Source: Dehalococcoidia bacterium
GTDB lineage: Bacteria > Chloroflexota > Dehalococcoidia > SM23-28-2 > RBG-16-64-32
Direction of reading: 5' to 3'
Assembly: GCA_963665775.2 (NCBI GenBank)
Contig: CAXXTF010000001.1
Location: 792,339 to 856,338, forward strand
DNA length: 64,000 nt
This document shows positions 8,997 through 18,608 of the stretch, one piece after another. Numbering within the stretch: position 1 is the stretch's first letter; every line of letters begins with the position of its first letter. The notes under the pieces were generated by a model. The model did no database searches and was not told the DNA's origin. It saw only the letters and a program-made list of their open reading frames with translations. A program made the translations under genes and the position numbers.

Positions 8997-10169
8997 ATGC
9001 TTATCGCTTGCGTCTGTATCCCCCGTTTCGCCGTCGAGGTAGAGCGTCAGCGTCGGCAGGACCTCACCACACGTCTCATCCTCATCGGTGACGCCGCCGT
9101 CCTCGACTACTCCCTGGGTGCCGAGGCGTCGAAAGTCCGCCGTGGCATGCGGATGTCTGGGGCTATCGCCCTCTGCCAGCGAGCGGTGGTACTGCCGCCG
9201 GACCTCCCCTACTACCAGCGGCGGTTCGATGAGGTGCTGGACTCCCTTGAGAACTTCAGCCCCGCGGTGGAGGCGAGCGATCTGGGCACCACGTACCTCT
9301 CGCTGGTCGGTCTCTCCCTTGATCTGGAGGGGTTCGCTGAAGGTCTCGTCTCCTCCCTGCACCAACGGTTCAGCTTTATGGCCACGGTGGGTATCGCAGG
9401 CGGGAAGTTCGCGGCCCAAGTCGCGGCCCAGACGACGCGGCCTGGGCTGGGGAAGGTCGTGCCGGAGGGCCGGGAGGACTCCTTTCTGGCTCCTCTGCCC
9501 GTCGACCACCTGCCGGTCAGCGACTCCCTGCGCTGGCGGCTCCGCCTCCTGGGCCTGGAGACCATGGGCGACATCGCCCGGCTGCCCCTGGGGGCGTTCC
9601 AGTCCCAGTTCGGGACGGAGGGGAAGCGCTGCTGGGAGCTGGCCCAGGGCATCGATACAGAGCCCCTGCTGCCGCGGCTGAAGGAGGAGACCATCGTCCG
9701 GCGGCTCCAGATGCCCGCTCCGTCCGTCATCCTGGAGGCGATCCTGGTGGGCCTGGAGCGGCTGGTCTACGCCGCTTACTCCAGCCCGGATCGTAAAGGG
9801 CGCTGGGTACGGAAGGCGCTAGTACGGGCGGCCCTAGAGGGCGGCGGGGCCTGGGGGTTGGCGGTCCCCTTCCGGGAAGCCCTCGCCGATCCTCGTGACG
9901 CCTGGTTCGCCATCAAGAGCGCCATCGCCCGCAGGCCGCCGGAGCGGCCCGTCGAGGAGCTGGAGGTGGAGCTGGTGGGCCTGAGCGGAGAGTCAGGGAA
10001 GCAGGCTGCCATGTTCGAGGGGAAGGGTAAGCTGTGGCGACAGATCGAAGAGGTGGCGCGGCAGCTCCGCGCTCAGCAAGGTCAGTCCCAGATAGGGAGA
10101 ATAGTGGAGGTGGAGCCCTGGTCGCGCATTCCCGAACGCAGAGCGGCCCTGGTCGACTTCGACCCCTGA
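8997..10169 (+). CDS. imuB: ImuB-like catalytically inactive Y-family polymerase
   Basis: Y-family architecture lacking the SIDE acidic residues (VEASDLGTTYLSL); clamp-like QAAMF; upstream of dnaE2. Confidence 0.85.
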   Translation: MLIACVCIPRFAVEVERQRRQDLTTRLILIGDAAVLDYSLGAEASKVRRGMRMSGAIALCQRAVVLPPDLPYYQRRFDEVLDSLENFSPAVEASDLGTTYLSLVGLSLDLEGFAEGLVSSLHQRFSFMATVGIAGGKFAAQVAAQTTRPGLGKVVPEGREDSFLAPLPVDHLPVSDSLRWRLRLLGLETMGDIARLPLGAFQSQFGTEGKRCWELAQGIDTEPLLPRLKEETIVRRLQMPAPSVILEAILVGLERLVYAAYSSPDRKGRWVRKALVRAALEGGGAWGLAVPFREALADPRDAWFAIKSAIARRPPERPVEELEVELVGLSGESGKQAAMFEGKGKLWRQIEEVARQLRAQQGQSQIGRIVEVEPWSRIPERRAALVDFDP

Positions 10170-10405
10170 ACCGCCCGCGCCCCCTGCGGGTAGAGGCCGA
10201 CGGGCAGAGCCGGCCTACCGCTGTCTGGCTCTCGGGCCGCCGCTGCACCGTGGAGGCGGTCCCGGAAAGCTGGCGCGTCGACGACGAGTGGTGGCGCGAG
10301 GGGCCGGTGAGTAGGCTGTACTTCCGCCTGCTGATGGAGGACGGGCGGACGGTGACGGCGTATCGGGACCTGGTGACGGGACGGTGGGCGAAGCAGGCGT
10401 ACTAG
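10118..10405 (+). CDS. Small DUF6504-like protein overlapping the imuB 3' end; probable CTG start
   Basis: LRPLNRPRPLRV...ESWRVDDEWWR...RLYFRL...W; SD GGAGGTG (10106-10112) 5 nt before an in-frame CTG. Confidence 0.75.
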   Translation: MVAHSRTQSGPGRLRPLNRPRPLRVEADGQSRPTAVWLSGRRCTVEAVPESWRVDDEWWREGPVSRLYFRLLMEDGRTVTAYRDLVTGRWAKQAY

Positions 10406-10406
10406 C

Positions 10407-13400
10407 ATGGCCACCTACACTGAGCTCCATGCCCACTCCAACTTCTCCTTCCTGGACGGCGCCTCCCACATCGAGGAGCTGGTGTTGCGGGCGTGGGAGC
10501 TGGGGTACGAGGCGCTGGCCCTCACGGACCACGACGGCCTCCATGGGGCGATGGAGTTCGCCCAGTGCGCCCACGCCTGGGGTCTGCGCCCTATCACAGG
10601 CGCTGAGGTCACCCTGGCCAGCGGCCACCACCTGACGCTCCTCTGCGAGAGCCAGCGGGGCTACGCTAACCTCTGCCGTCTCCTCAGCCACGCTCACCTG
10701 GAGCACGAGCGGGGCAAGCCCCAGATCGAGCCGGACGTGCTGGCCCGCCACACAGAGGGGCTGATCGCCCTCTCCGGCTGCCATAGCGGTGAGGTGCCGT
10801 CGCTGGTCGCCCAGGGGCAGTATCGAGAGGCAGAAGAGGCGGCCCGCCGCTACCGGCAGTGGTTCGGCCCCACCAGCTTCTTCATCGAGCTCCAGAACAA
10901 CCTAGTCTACGGCGACACCCGCCGCAACCGGGCCCTGACCGACCTGGCCGAGCAGCTGGGCCTGGGCATCGTCGCTACCGGCAACGTCCACTACCACGTG
11001 CGAGAGCGCCACCGCCTCCAGGACGTGCTGGTGGCGATCAAGCACCGCACGACCCTGGACGCCTCCCACCGCCTGCGCCGTGAGAACTCCGAGTACTACC
11101 TGAAGCCACCCGCAGGGATGGCGGAGCTGTTTCGGGACTACCCGGAGGCGGTCGCCAACACGGCTCGTATCGCCGAACGCTGCACCTTCGACCTGACCCG
11201 CGACCTGGACTACCAGTTCCCCGATTACCCAGTGCCGGAGGGCGAGACGCCGGGCTCCTACCTGCGCGAGCTCTGCTACCGGGAGGCCGAGAACAGGTAC
11301 GGTCGCATCACCCGCCAGGTAGAGGAGCGGTTGGAGGAAGAGCTAGCCCTGGTGGAACGCCACGGCCTGGCCGGCTTCTTTCTCATCCATCAGCAGATAC
11401 TTCAGCTCGCTTACCAGGTCGCCGAGGAGATAAGGGGCCATTGCCACGCGCCGCCGGGACGGGGCCGCGGCTCCTCCGTCGGCTCGCTCATCTGCTACCT
11501 GATCGGGCTGTCCCACATCGACCCGATCGCCAACAACCTCTTCCTGGGCCGCTTCCTCAACGAGGAGATGGCCTCGGTGCCGGATATCGATCTCGACTTT
11601 CCCCGCGACATCCGGGAGAAGCTGATCCTTCGCATCTACGAGCACTTTGGCCACGAGCATGTGGGTCTGGTGGCTACCTTCCCCACCTATCGCCTGCGGA
11701 GCGCCGTCCGCGAGGTAGGCAAAGCCCTGGGCCTGCCTCCCGCCGAATTGGACCGGCTGGCCAGGGTCAGCGAGCACGGCTCGGCCAGAACCATCCGTGA
11801 GGAGATGGGCCGCCTGGACCACTATCGGGATAAGCTGGACGCCCCCCTCTGGCGCCACCTGGCGGAGATAGTGGAACAGATCGCCGGCTTCCCTCGCCAC
11901 ATCTCGCAGCACGTGGGAGGCATGGTCATCTCGTCGAAGCCGCTGCTCGAACTCGTGCCCCTGGAGCAGTCGGCGATGGAGGGGCGAGTCCTCATCCAGT
12001 GGGATAAGGACTCGGTGGATGACGCCCGCATGATCAAGATCGACTTCCTGGCCTTGGGTATGCTATCGGCGGTAGACGAGTGCCTAGACCTTGTCGAGGA
12101 GCGGGAGGGAAGGCGCATCGACCTCTCCCGCATCGATTTCGAGGACGAGCGGGTGTACGATGCCATCTGCCAGGCGGACACGATGGGCGTCTTCCAGATC
12201 GAGTCGCGGGCCCAGATGCAGACCCTGCCGAGAGTACAGCCGCGGTCGCTGGAGGACCTGACGGTGGAGGTGGCGATCATCCGGCCCGGCCCTATCGTGG
12301 GCGGCGCCGTGAACCCCTACATCAACCGGCGCCTGGGGAGGGAATCGGTAGTCTATGACCACCCTTCCCTGGAGCCCGCACTCTCCGAAACCCTGGGTGT
12401 CATAATCTACCAGGAGCAGGTGCTCCAGGTGGCGATGGCCCTGGCCGGGTTCAGCGTCGGCCAGGCAGAGAGCCTGCGCCGGGCCATGAGCCGGAAGCGG
12501 TCGAAAGAGGCGATCGCCAAGCTGAAGGAGCAGTTCATCCAGGGATGCCTCGATAACGGAGTGTCGGGGCCAGCGGCGGAGAGCACCTTCGCCAAGATTC
12601 AGGGGTTCGCCGAGTTCGGCTTCCCCAAGGCTCACGCCGCCGCCTTCGGCCTCCTGGCCTACCAGACGGCCTGGCTGCGCACCTACTACCCTACGGAGTC
12701 CCTGTGTGCCCTGTTCAACGCTCAGCCCATGGGCTTCTACGGCCCCCACGTTCTGGTCAACGATGGCAAGCGTCACGGGGTGGATGTCCTGCCGCCCGCG
12801 ATTAACCGCAGCGGCGCCAACTGCACCCTGGAGGGTGACGCCGTGCGCATCGGCCTCCGCTACGTGAAGGGGCTGAGCGGGGCGACCGCCCGGGAGGTGG
12901 AGGACGAGCGGAAACAGAACGGCGATTTCCGATCGCTGTTCGACTTCCTGGAGCGCACCCGTCTCAAGCGGGAGCCCATCGAGAAGCTCATCGCCTGCGG
13001 CGCTTTCGATGAGTTCGGCCTGGAGCGCCGGGAGCTCCTGTGGCAGCTGGGCCTCATCTACCGCTCAGAGGGCCGCAACGACCACGAGCGACAGCTGGCC
13101 CTACCCTTGCCCACGGAGCAGGACATGGTGGCGCTGTCGCCCATGACCGCCTGGGAGCGTATGACCGCGGACTACACTATCCTCGGCCTGTCGCCGACCC
13201 ATCACCCGATGCTCTTCCTGCGCCCTCAGCTCCATGAAGGTGTCGTCCCCAGCCGCATGTTGGAGTCCCTGCCCGACGGGACGCCCGTGGAAGTGGCTGG
13301 CATGGTCGTCTGCCGGCAGCGGCCGGGCACGGCCAAGGGGTTCGTCTTCCTGGTGCTGGAGGACGAGTTCGGCCTGGTGAACGTGATCGTGCGCCCCGCC

Positions 13401-13559
13401 CTCCACGAGCGGCAGCGGTCGCTGGTGCGCACGGAGCCGTTCCTTGTCGTTCGCGGTGAGCTCCAGCGGCGGGACGGCACGGTGAACGTGGTGGCCAAGG
13501 GGCTCACATCGCTGCGGGCAGGAACGGACGTAGCACCCAAGGCCCATAACTTCGGCTGA
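10407..13559 (+). CDS. dnaE2: Error-prone DNA polymerase III alpha (DnaE2/ImuC)
   Basis: ELHAHSNFSFLDGAS PHP domain, GRGS, PDIDLD, FQIESRAQM, OB-fold RQRPGTAKG, C-terminal AHNFG. Confidence 0.96.
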   Translation: MATYTELHAHSNFSFLDGASHIEELVLRAWELGYEALALTDHDGLHGAMEFAQCAHAWGLRPITGAEVTLASGHHLTLLCESQRGYANLCRLLSHAHLEHERGKPQIEPDVLARHTEGLIALSGCHSGEVPSLVAQGQYREAEEAARRYRQWFGPTSFFIELQNNLVYGDTRRNRALTDLAEQLGLGIVATGNVHYHVRERHRLQDVLVAIKHRTTLDASHRLRRENSEYYLKPPAGMAELFRDYPEAVANTARIAERCTFDLTRDLDYQFPDYPVPEGETPGSYLRELCYREAENRYGRITRQVEERLEEELALVERHGLAGFFLIHQQILQLAYQVAEEIRGHCHAPPGRGRGSSVGSLICYLIGLSHIDPIANNLFLGRFLNEEMASVPDIDLDFPRDIREKLILRIYEHFGHEHVGLVATFPTYRLRSAVREVGKALGLPPAELDRLARVSEHGSARTIREEMGRLDHYRDKLDAPLWRHLAEIVEQIAGFPRHISQHVGGMVISSKPLLELVPLEQSAMEGRVLIQWDKDSVDDARMIKIDFLALGMLSAVDECLDLVEEREGRRIDLSRIDFEDERVYDAICQADTMGVFQIESRAQMQTLPRVQPRSLEDLTVEVAIIRPGPIVGGAVNPYINRRLGRESVVYDHPSLEPALSETLGVIIYQEQVLQVAMALAGFSVGQAESLRRAMSRKRSKEAIAKLKEQFIQGCLDNGVSGPAAESTFAKIQGFAEFGFPKAHAAAFGLLAYQTAWLRTYYPTESLCALFNAQPMGFYGPHVLVNDGKRHGVDVLPPAINRSGANCTLEGDAVRIGLRYVKGLSGATAREVEDERKQNGDFRSLFDFLERTRLKREPIEKLIACGAFDEFGLERRELLWQLGLIYRSEGRNDHERQLALPLPTEQDMVALSPMTAWERMTADYTILGLSPTHHPMLFLRPQLHEGVVPSRMLESLPDGTPVEVAGMVVCRQRPGTAKGFVFLVLEDEFGLVNVIVRPALHERQRSLVRTEPFLVVRGELQRRDGTVNVVAKGLTSLRAGTDVAPKAHNFG

Positions 13560-13713
13560 CAGAACCCCTCAGGACGGATCATGAGGGGCCGCCTAGCGGG
13601 ACTCCCAGGGAGGCTGGGCCTCGCCGCTAGGGAGCCATCGCCCTATCGGTGCGGCAGAGAATGACAGGTACGACACCTCAGGTGGTGCCACCACGAAAGA
13701 CAGCTTCGAAGCA

Positions 13714-13926
13714 TCAACGATCACCTTCTCCAATGTCTGGGGCAGCTGAGTTTGAGGCAGGGCGCGACAAATTGTCCTCTTCGGACTCCTCATCCTCAGG
13801 TGGCGGCTCCGGCGGTTTGCCCAACGGAGTATTCTGGTCCTTGGCAAGCGTAAGCTGAAGGCCTCCCTCATTCTCCCTAGTAATACCGTAGTATTGAATC
13901 AAATCTTCCTTAGATCGTCTAGCCAC
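13714..13926 (-). CDS. Hypothetical acidic/Pro-rich small protein
   Basis: GGAGGG RBS before GTG; follows an ORF truncated by IS6. Confidence 0.4.
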   Translation of the reverse strand: MARRSKEDLIQYYGITRENEGGLQLTLAKDQNTPLGKPPEPPPEDEESEEDNLSRPASNSAAPDIGEGDR

Positions 13927-14021
13927 GTCTACCCTCCCACAAGAACAGCATCGAAGACAGCACCAGCGGGTTTGTATACATCGCCGCTGATACCCGTAAT
14001 CTCAATAGTGGAGCCTTTAGG

Positions 14022-14968
14022 GGTTCTGTCAGAACTCAGGGCGCCAATGTCGCGGAGATGAATCTCGGTTCGAAATCCGAACCGATTACGCCGCTGCCAT
14101 CTCCGCCGTCAACGCCTGCCATCGCGCGAGGAAGACTCGACGCCTCTCCGACAAAGACACCTGCTTGCCAATGGGCGGGCGGATACGTAAGTACTGACGC
14201 AGCTCTTCGAACGCCGCGCAGAAGCGCTTTGCCGACTCCATACGTCCGAACCCCAGCATGGGGTAGTAGCGTTGTTTGATGGCGCGATGGTCCTGCTCGA
14301 TACGATTGTTTAGGTACCGACTCTGTCGATGTAAGACCTTCCGTCCCAGTATCCAGCGGATCGCCTTTCCATAGGCCGGATGCTGATCGGTGGTGAGGCG
14401 CAACGGCTTGTGGGATGTGACGTCGGCCAGCTGACTGAGAAAGAGGCGGGCAGCTGACCTGTCCCGCGTCTCACTCAGCATGGAGTCGAGGAGATTGCCG
14501 TCCCGGTCGATGGCACGGTACAGGTAACGCCAGCGACCGCTCACCTTCACGTAGGTTTCATCGAGATACCAGGAGTGGCTTCCCGTCTGGCCGCGGCGCC
14601 GGGTACGTAGTTGTTCGCCCAGGAGAGGAGCAAATCGGAACTCCCAGGCCCGTACCGTCTCGTGCGTGACCTCATAGCCTCGCTGAAGGAGCAGTTCGGC
14701 GACATCGCGGAACCCGAGCTTGTAGCGTAGCCGCCAGAGTACCGCCAACAGGACGATGTCAGTGGGGAACTGGAGATCGTTGTAGGGTGTGCCGGTGGGC
14801 TCGTTGAAGCGACGGTGGCAGGACCTACACGAAAACCTGACGTAGCCCAGGGTGGTGCGGTGCTTCCGTTTGCTGGTCGCTGTCGCTCGGCAGTGCGGGC
14901 AGTTCATGGGTAGCTCCTCTCCTACATTGAGACAAGCTTACCCCCGCGCCCTGAGTTCTGACAGAACC
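14022..14968 (-). mobile_element. IS6-family insertion sequence, 947 bp
   Basis: Perfect 23-bp TIR GGTTCTGTCAGAACTCAGGGCGC at both ends; no TSD; both flanking genes truncated. Confidence 0.95.
14086..14907 (-). CDS. IS6-family transposase with N-terminal Zn finger
   Basis: CPHC...CRSC; WYLDETYVKV, YLYRAID, TDQH, YLNNRIEQDHR. Confidence 0.95.
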   Translation of the reverse strand: MNCPHCRATATSKRKHRTTLGYVRFSCRSCHRRFNEPTGTPYNDLQFPTDIVLLAVLWRLRYKLGFRDVAELLLQRGYEVTHETVRAWEFRFAPLLGEQLRTRRRGQTGSHSWYLDETYVKVSGRWRYLYRAIDRDGNLLDSMLSETRDRSAARLFLSQLADVTSHKPLRLTTDQHPAYGKAIRWILGRKVLHRQSRYLNNRIEQDHRAIKQRYYPMLGFGRMESAKRFCAAFEELRQYLRIRPPIGKQVSLSERRRVFLARWQALTAEMAAA

Positions 14969-15209
14969 CGCCGCGTCGGCCCTCAGACAGCTGCCGAGTC
15001 TCAGGGAGCTACGTCCCGAAGAAAAGGGGCTGACCTTGTTCGTCAACGACGGTAACGGCGTCGTCGCCGACGTTGTCCGCCTGCTTGATTCGGCCGGAAT
15101 TACGGTGGGCTCCGTCGCCATCGCCCAACCGACTCTCGACGAAGTGTTCCTGCGCACGACGGGTTCTCGCCTAGAGGGTGCAGTCCAGGATGGAGGTAGT
15201 TCGTCATGA
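14969..15209 (+). pseudogene. C-terminal remnant of a DrrA-type ABC ATPase
   Basis: ...VVRLLDSAGITVGSVAIAQPTLDEVFLRTTG; cut by IS6; stop overlaps the permease start. Confidence 0.8.
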
Positions 15210-16012
15210 TGGAACTCACTTTCTCTCCGGCGGCGGGCCTGGCACCCTGGCGCGCCTGGCGCGAGGCGGCCCGAGCGGCTATCCTGCTTGGCGCACGCGA
15301 GGCGCGGACCGCGTTCCGGACCCCTGTCTACCTTATTCCCAATTTGTTGATCCCCATCTTCTTCTACTTCGTCATGGTGGGATCATTGGAAACGTTCGCC
15401 GGCCGCTCCGGCCTCACGAACTCGGAGGCGTTTCTGGTTCCCATGGCGATCATATTCGCCGCACAGGGGGGTAGCGCCGGCATGAACATGGTCAGCGATA
15501 TCGAGAGCGGCTATTTCGACAAGCTGATGGTTACGCCGGCCAACCGCGTCTCCATCCTAGTCGGGGCGATGGCGGCCGACTTCCTTCGGGTCATGGTGCA
15601 ATCGACGCTCGTTCTTCTGGTGGCGATCGCATTCGGCCTCGACTTCGCGACCGGCTTGCCGGGAGCTATAGCCCTCGTGCTGCTCAGCAGCTTCTGGGGC
15701 GTTGCCTATTCGGGCATCGGCTTCGCTGTCGCCCTGAAGACCGGGAACGCCCAGGCGACGCAGAGCATATGGGTGCTTTTCATGCCACTGATGTTTCTCA
15801 CGACGATGTTCGCACCCAAGGAAGCGCTCTCGGGGTGGCTGGAGACTGCTGCGATGTTCAACCCGATGACCTACCTGCTGCAAGGCATGCGGGCGCTCAC
15901 CATGGAAGGCTGGGACGCCGGAGACCTCGGCGTCGCGGTGCTGGCGGTCGCCGCCCTGGGCTCCGTGAGCCTGACCCTGGCGTTCCTCGCGCTGCGCGGC
16001 CGCATCCGGTGA
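15206..16012 (+). CDS. ABC-2 type permease (DrrB-like)
   Basis: DIESGYFDKLMVTP, MFLTTMFAP, NPMTY; six hydrophobic segments. Confidence 0.92.
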   Translation: MMELTFSPAAGLAPWRAWREAARAAILLGAREARTAFRTPVYLIPNLLIPIFFYFVMVGSLETFAGRSGLTNSEAFLVPMAIIFAAQGGSAGMNMVSDIESGYFDKLMVTPANRVSILVGAMAADFLRVMVQSTLVLLVAIAFGLDFATGLPGAIALVLLSSFWGVAYSGIGFAVALKTGNAQATQSIWVLFMPLMFLTTMFAPKEALSGWLETAAMFNPMTYLLQGMRALTMEGWDAGDLGVAVLAVAALGSVSLTLAFLALRGRIR

Positions 16013-16632
16013 GGTGACTCGACCGGCGGAGGTTCGGGGATGGCTTGAAGGCGTGGCTGAACGCAGGCGGGGTCGGCGTCGGCGGTGTTGGCGTCGGCGG
16101 GGTCGGCGTCGGCGGTGTTGGCGTCGGCGGGGTCGGCGTCGGCGGGGTCGGCGTCGGCGGGGTCGGCGTCGGCGGGGTCGGCGTCGGCTCAGGATCGGTA
16201 AAGTAGTCTACGTGACTCAGCTCCTGACAGTTCGAGCCTGGCGTCCCCGTTCTGGTCACGGTTACGGTCGAGGATCCCATGCCAGTCACCGTATAGCAGT
16301 CATTCTCCCCGTAGACTCCATCTGCTGTGATAAGACCGCTGTGACCCGTTCCTCCGAACATGTTAATACCTGATTTGATACAGATACCAGTAATTACCTG
16401 TCCGGCCGGAGCTGTGAACGAGATGATATCCACGCTTTGACCCGAGTCACTTGGAAACACTGAGGCGTTGGGACTATTACACTCAGCAGGACCACCACCC
16501 GTGCCAGCAACATGATCGCCAGGCAGCAGCATCACCGCCGCTACCAGGATCCCGGCCAGGCCCCGGGGCCAACGTAGGGCCAGTCAGCAGGTGGCCCCTT
16601 TTGTCTCTCAAGATCCCAAACCGCTCCCACAT
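15897..16632 (-). pseudogene. Secreted protein with Cys-containing beta domain and PT linker; frameshifted in the signal region
   Basis: Signal-like N-terminus split across frames near 16560; CIKSG...C...C...LSH domain; PTPPT repeats; 3' end runs into the permease. Confidence 0.55.
16067..16187. repeat. 15-bp tandem repeat (about 8 copies) encoding PTPPT
   Basis: GGCGGGGTCGGCGTC / GGCGGTGTTGGCGTC units. Confidence 0.95.
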
Positions 16633-16839
16633 AGCAAATACCCTTCCCTTATTCAGACAGTCCATCATTCAATAACGACTCCGGCAGCGAATCATTTCAA
16701 AACGATAATTGCGATCGAAGACTGATTGTACCAGCCGCTCCTTTCTACTGGCTAGTGGCGCACCCCAAAATCCCGTGTTCCCAGACCAAAAGCTCGGGGA
16801 TTCGCGGTCCTGTGCCATCCGTTCTCCTCAGTGAGGCCG

Positions 16840-17049
16840 TCATAACCCGTCCTCAAGCCGCTCCAGGGCCAGCATCAGATCGCCGTGGCCGTTGCGGGGG
16901 TAGCGGGCCTGATCGCCCTCGTAGGTGCAGCTGCAGGGCCCACCCTCCGCGCAACCCGTACAGCAGAACGCCTCGCCATCCACCAGCTCGGGCAGCCCGG
17001 AGATCTCCACATCGCATGAAGCGCATCTTGGCCATTCGTTCTTCACCAC
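16840..17049 (-). CDS. Small Cys-rich metal-binding protein
   Basis: AGGAG RBS; CASC...CCTGC...CSC in 69 aa. Confidence 0.7.
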   Translation of the reverse strand: MVKNEWPRCASCDVEISGLPELVDGEAFCCTGCAEGGPCSCTYEGDQARYPRNGHGDLMLALERLEDGL

Positions 17050-17329
17050 GCAGCTCCTAGACCGGCATCCAGTAATAGCTTCATCCTCATTATCCAGAAA
17101 CAGAGGATATATTGAAGCGAAAAAGGGGGGCCGGATGGTTAAGAAACGGTGAATACGGGCCCGGGCCAAGAGGAGCTTTCCCGTGAACCGCAGCGTATCC
17201 ACGCCGTGTAGCCGGCCAAATAACGGCTTGAGGGCCAGCTCTAGTCGCCCTGAACCGTGAGCCCTTCGCCGACGGTTTCCCCCTTCCATTGCGGGTTGTA
17301 GTAGGAGTAGGCCTGTGAGGCCGCACCCT

Positions 17330-17610
17330 TGACGCCTTGACCGGCTGCGGTGGGTCGAATGTAACGCTAACCCGCACCACCACGATGTCGCTAACGTCCA
17401 CGCGGGCCGTGTTGTAACCCACACTGATATCGAAGACGGCGGACGCCTCGTCTGGCTGGGCCAGGTTGTAGCGGCTCACCGCCTGCAGGACGGCCTCGCC
17501 CTTGCCCTCGGTCGTCACTTGCACCTGGCCGCCGACGGGGAGCGCCACCACTTGTATCACGTCGAAGTTTTCGGACGTGATGCGCACGTCCTTGGTGATA
17601 TCGCCGGCCC
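17330..17610 (-). pseudogene. Alpha-2-macroglobulin-like C-terminal fragment
   Basis: ITSENFDVIQVV...TEGKGEAVLQAVSRYNL...FDISVGY...VRVSVTF pattern. Confidence 0.55.
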
Positions 17611-17674
17611 GTTGCTCACCCCGTGTTGGGTGGTCTGCCTCCCGAGTACGAGGGGCTCGCTGCTTAGCCTGTGC

Positions 17675-17703
17675 AGATACGGATGTAATTTTGGCACCCC
17701 ACA
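17675..17703 (-). mobile_element. Isolated IS481-like terminal IR
   Basis: AGATACGGATGTAATTTTGGCACCCCACA. Confidence 0.75.
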
Positions 17704-17833
17704 CTGCCATCGGCTTAGGCTCGAGCGGGAGAGCCGCCGAACGGCCCATTAGAAAACGGGCCGAAGAGCCCGAAAGTCGCTGAAGACTTACATCCTAATT
17801 ATGCTGACGACATACGGCGGGATCGCGTGACGG

Positions 17834-18364
17834 TCAGCCTTCGAGGGTACCACGAAGGGTCAGGAGCGCTCGATACTGGATTTCCCTGACGTCGGTCACG
17901 CTCTTGCCGATAACCGCCGCCATTTCCGTTTCGCTAAGACCATCCGTGAAGCGCATGACCATCACGTGACGCTGATCTCCCTGTAGGCGGCTTACGGCTT
18001 CAGCGAGGGAGACATCGGATTTGGCGTCTCCGGTTGTCTCCTCTGTCGATTGCCTGGGGCGGTCATGTTGGAAAGAGGTCGCGCCGGCCTCGGTCGAACT
18101 GTAGGTGATGCGCAGGAGCCAAACGAAAAAGGAGGCCCGACCCTTCTCAAAGCTGCGGATGGACTGGCTGGCGACGGAAAAGGTTTGTGCGGTCAATTCC
18201 TTGGCTACATCCGGATGATCTACAAGGCGAGAGATATGGCGGAACAGCTTGGAGGCGTACTGATCGAAGAGTTGGCCGAAAGCCTTCCTGTCGCCTTCAG
18301 TTGCTCGCGATACGAGCGCCAATTCGTAACCTTCGCGGCCGGCCGGTCCAATCACTTGCCTCAT
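17834..18364 (-). CDS. ECF sigma-70 factor
   Basis: GDRKAFGQLFDQY, FFVWLLRI (region 2); LQGDQRHVMVMRF...IGKS (region 4). Confidence 0.88.
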   Translation of the reverse strand: MRQVIGPAGREGYELALVSRATEGDRKAFGQLFDQYASKLFRHISRLVDHPDVAKELTAQTFSVASQSIRSFEKGRASFFVWLLRITYSSTEAGATSFQHDRPRQSTEETTGDAKSDVSLAEAVSRLQGDQRHVMVMRFTDGLSETEMAAVIGKSVTDVREIQYRALLTLRGTLEG

Positions 18365-18608
18365 CCTTCGCTCGGATTGCCAGGAGGTCTTCGAGGTCCA
18401 AGGTGTATCAACACTGCGATCCAGTGTAGCGGCTTGTTGAACGCACTAAAGGCCGCGTTGGTTAATGTTTGGTAAATACGTCCTACCATGGCAAATGGTT
18501 TGTAACATGCAGCAAAGCGACGCGTCTTACTTTGTGATACACGCGGAGGGCTTTCTGCCTGTCCCTAACCGGTTAACTTGAGGAGTCCATTCGCGTTTAC
18601 ACGTAACG

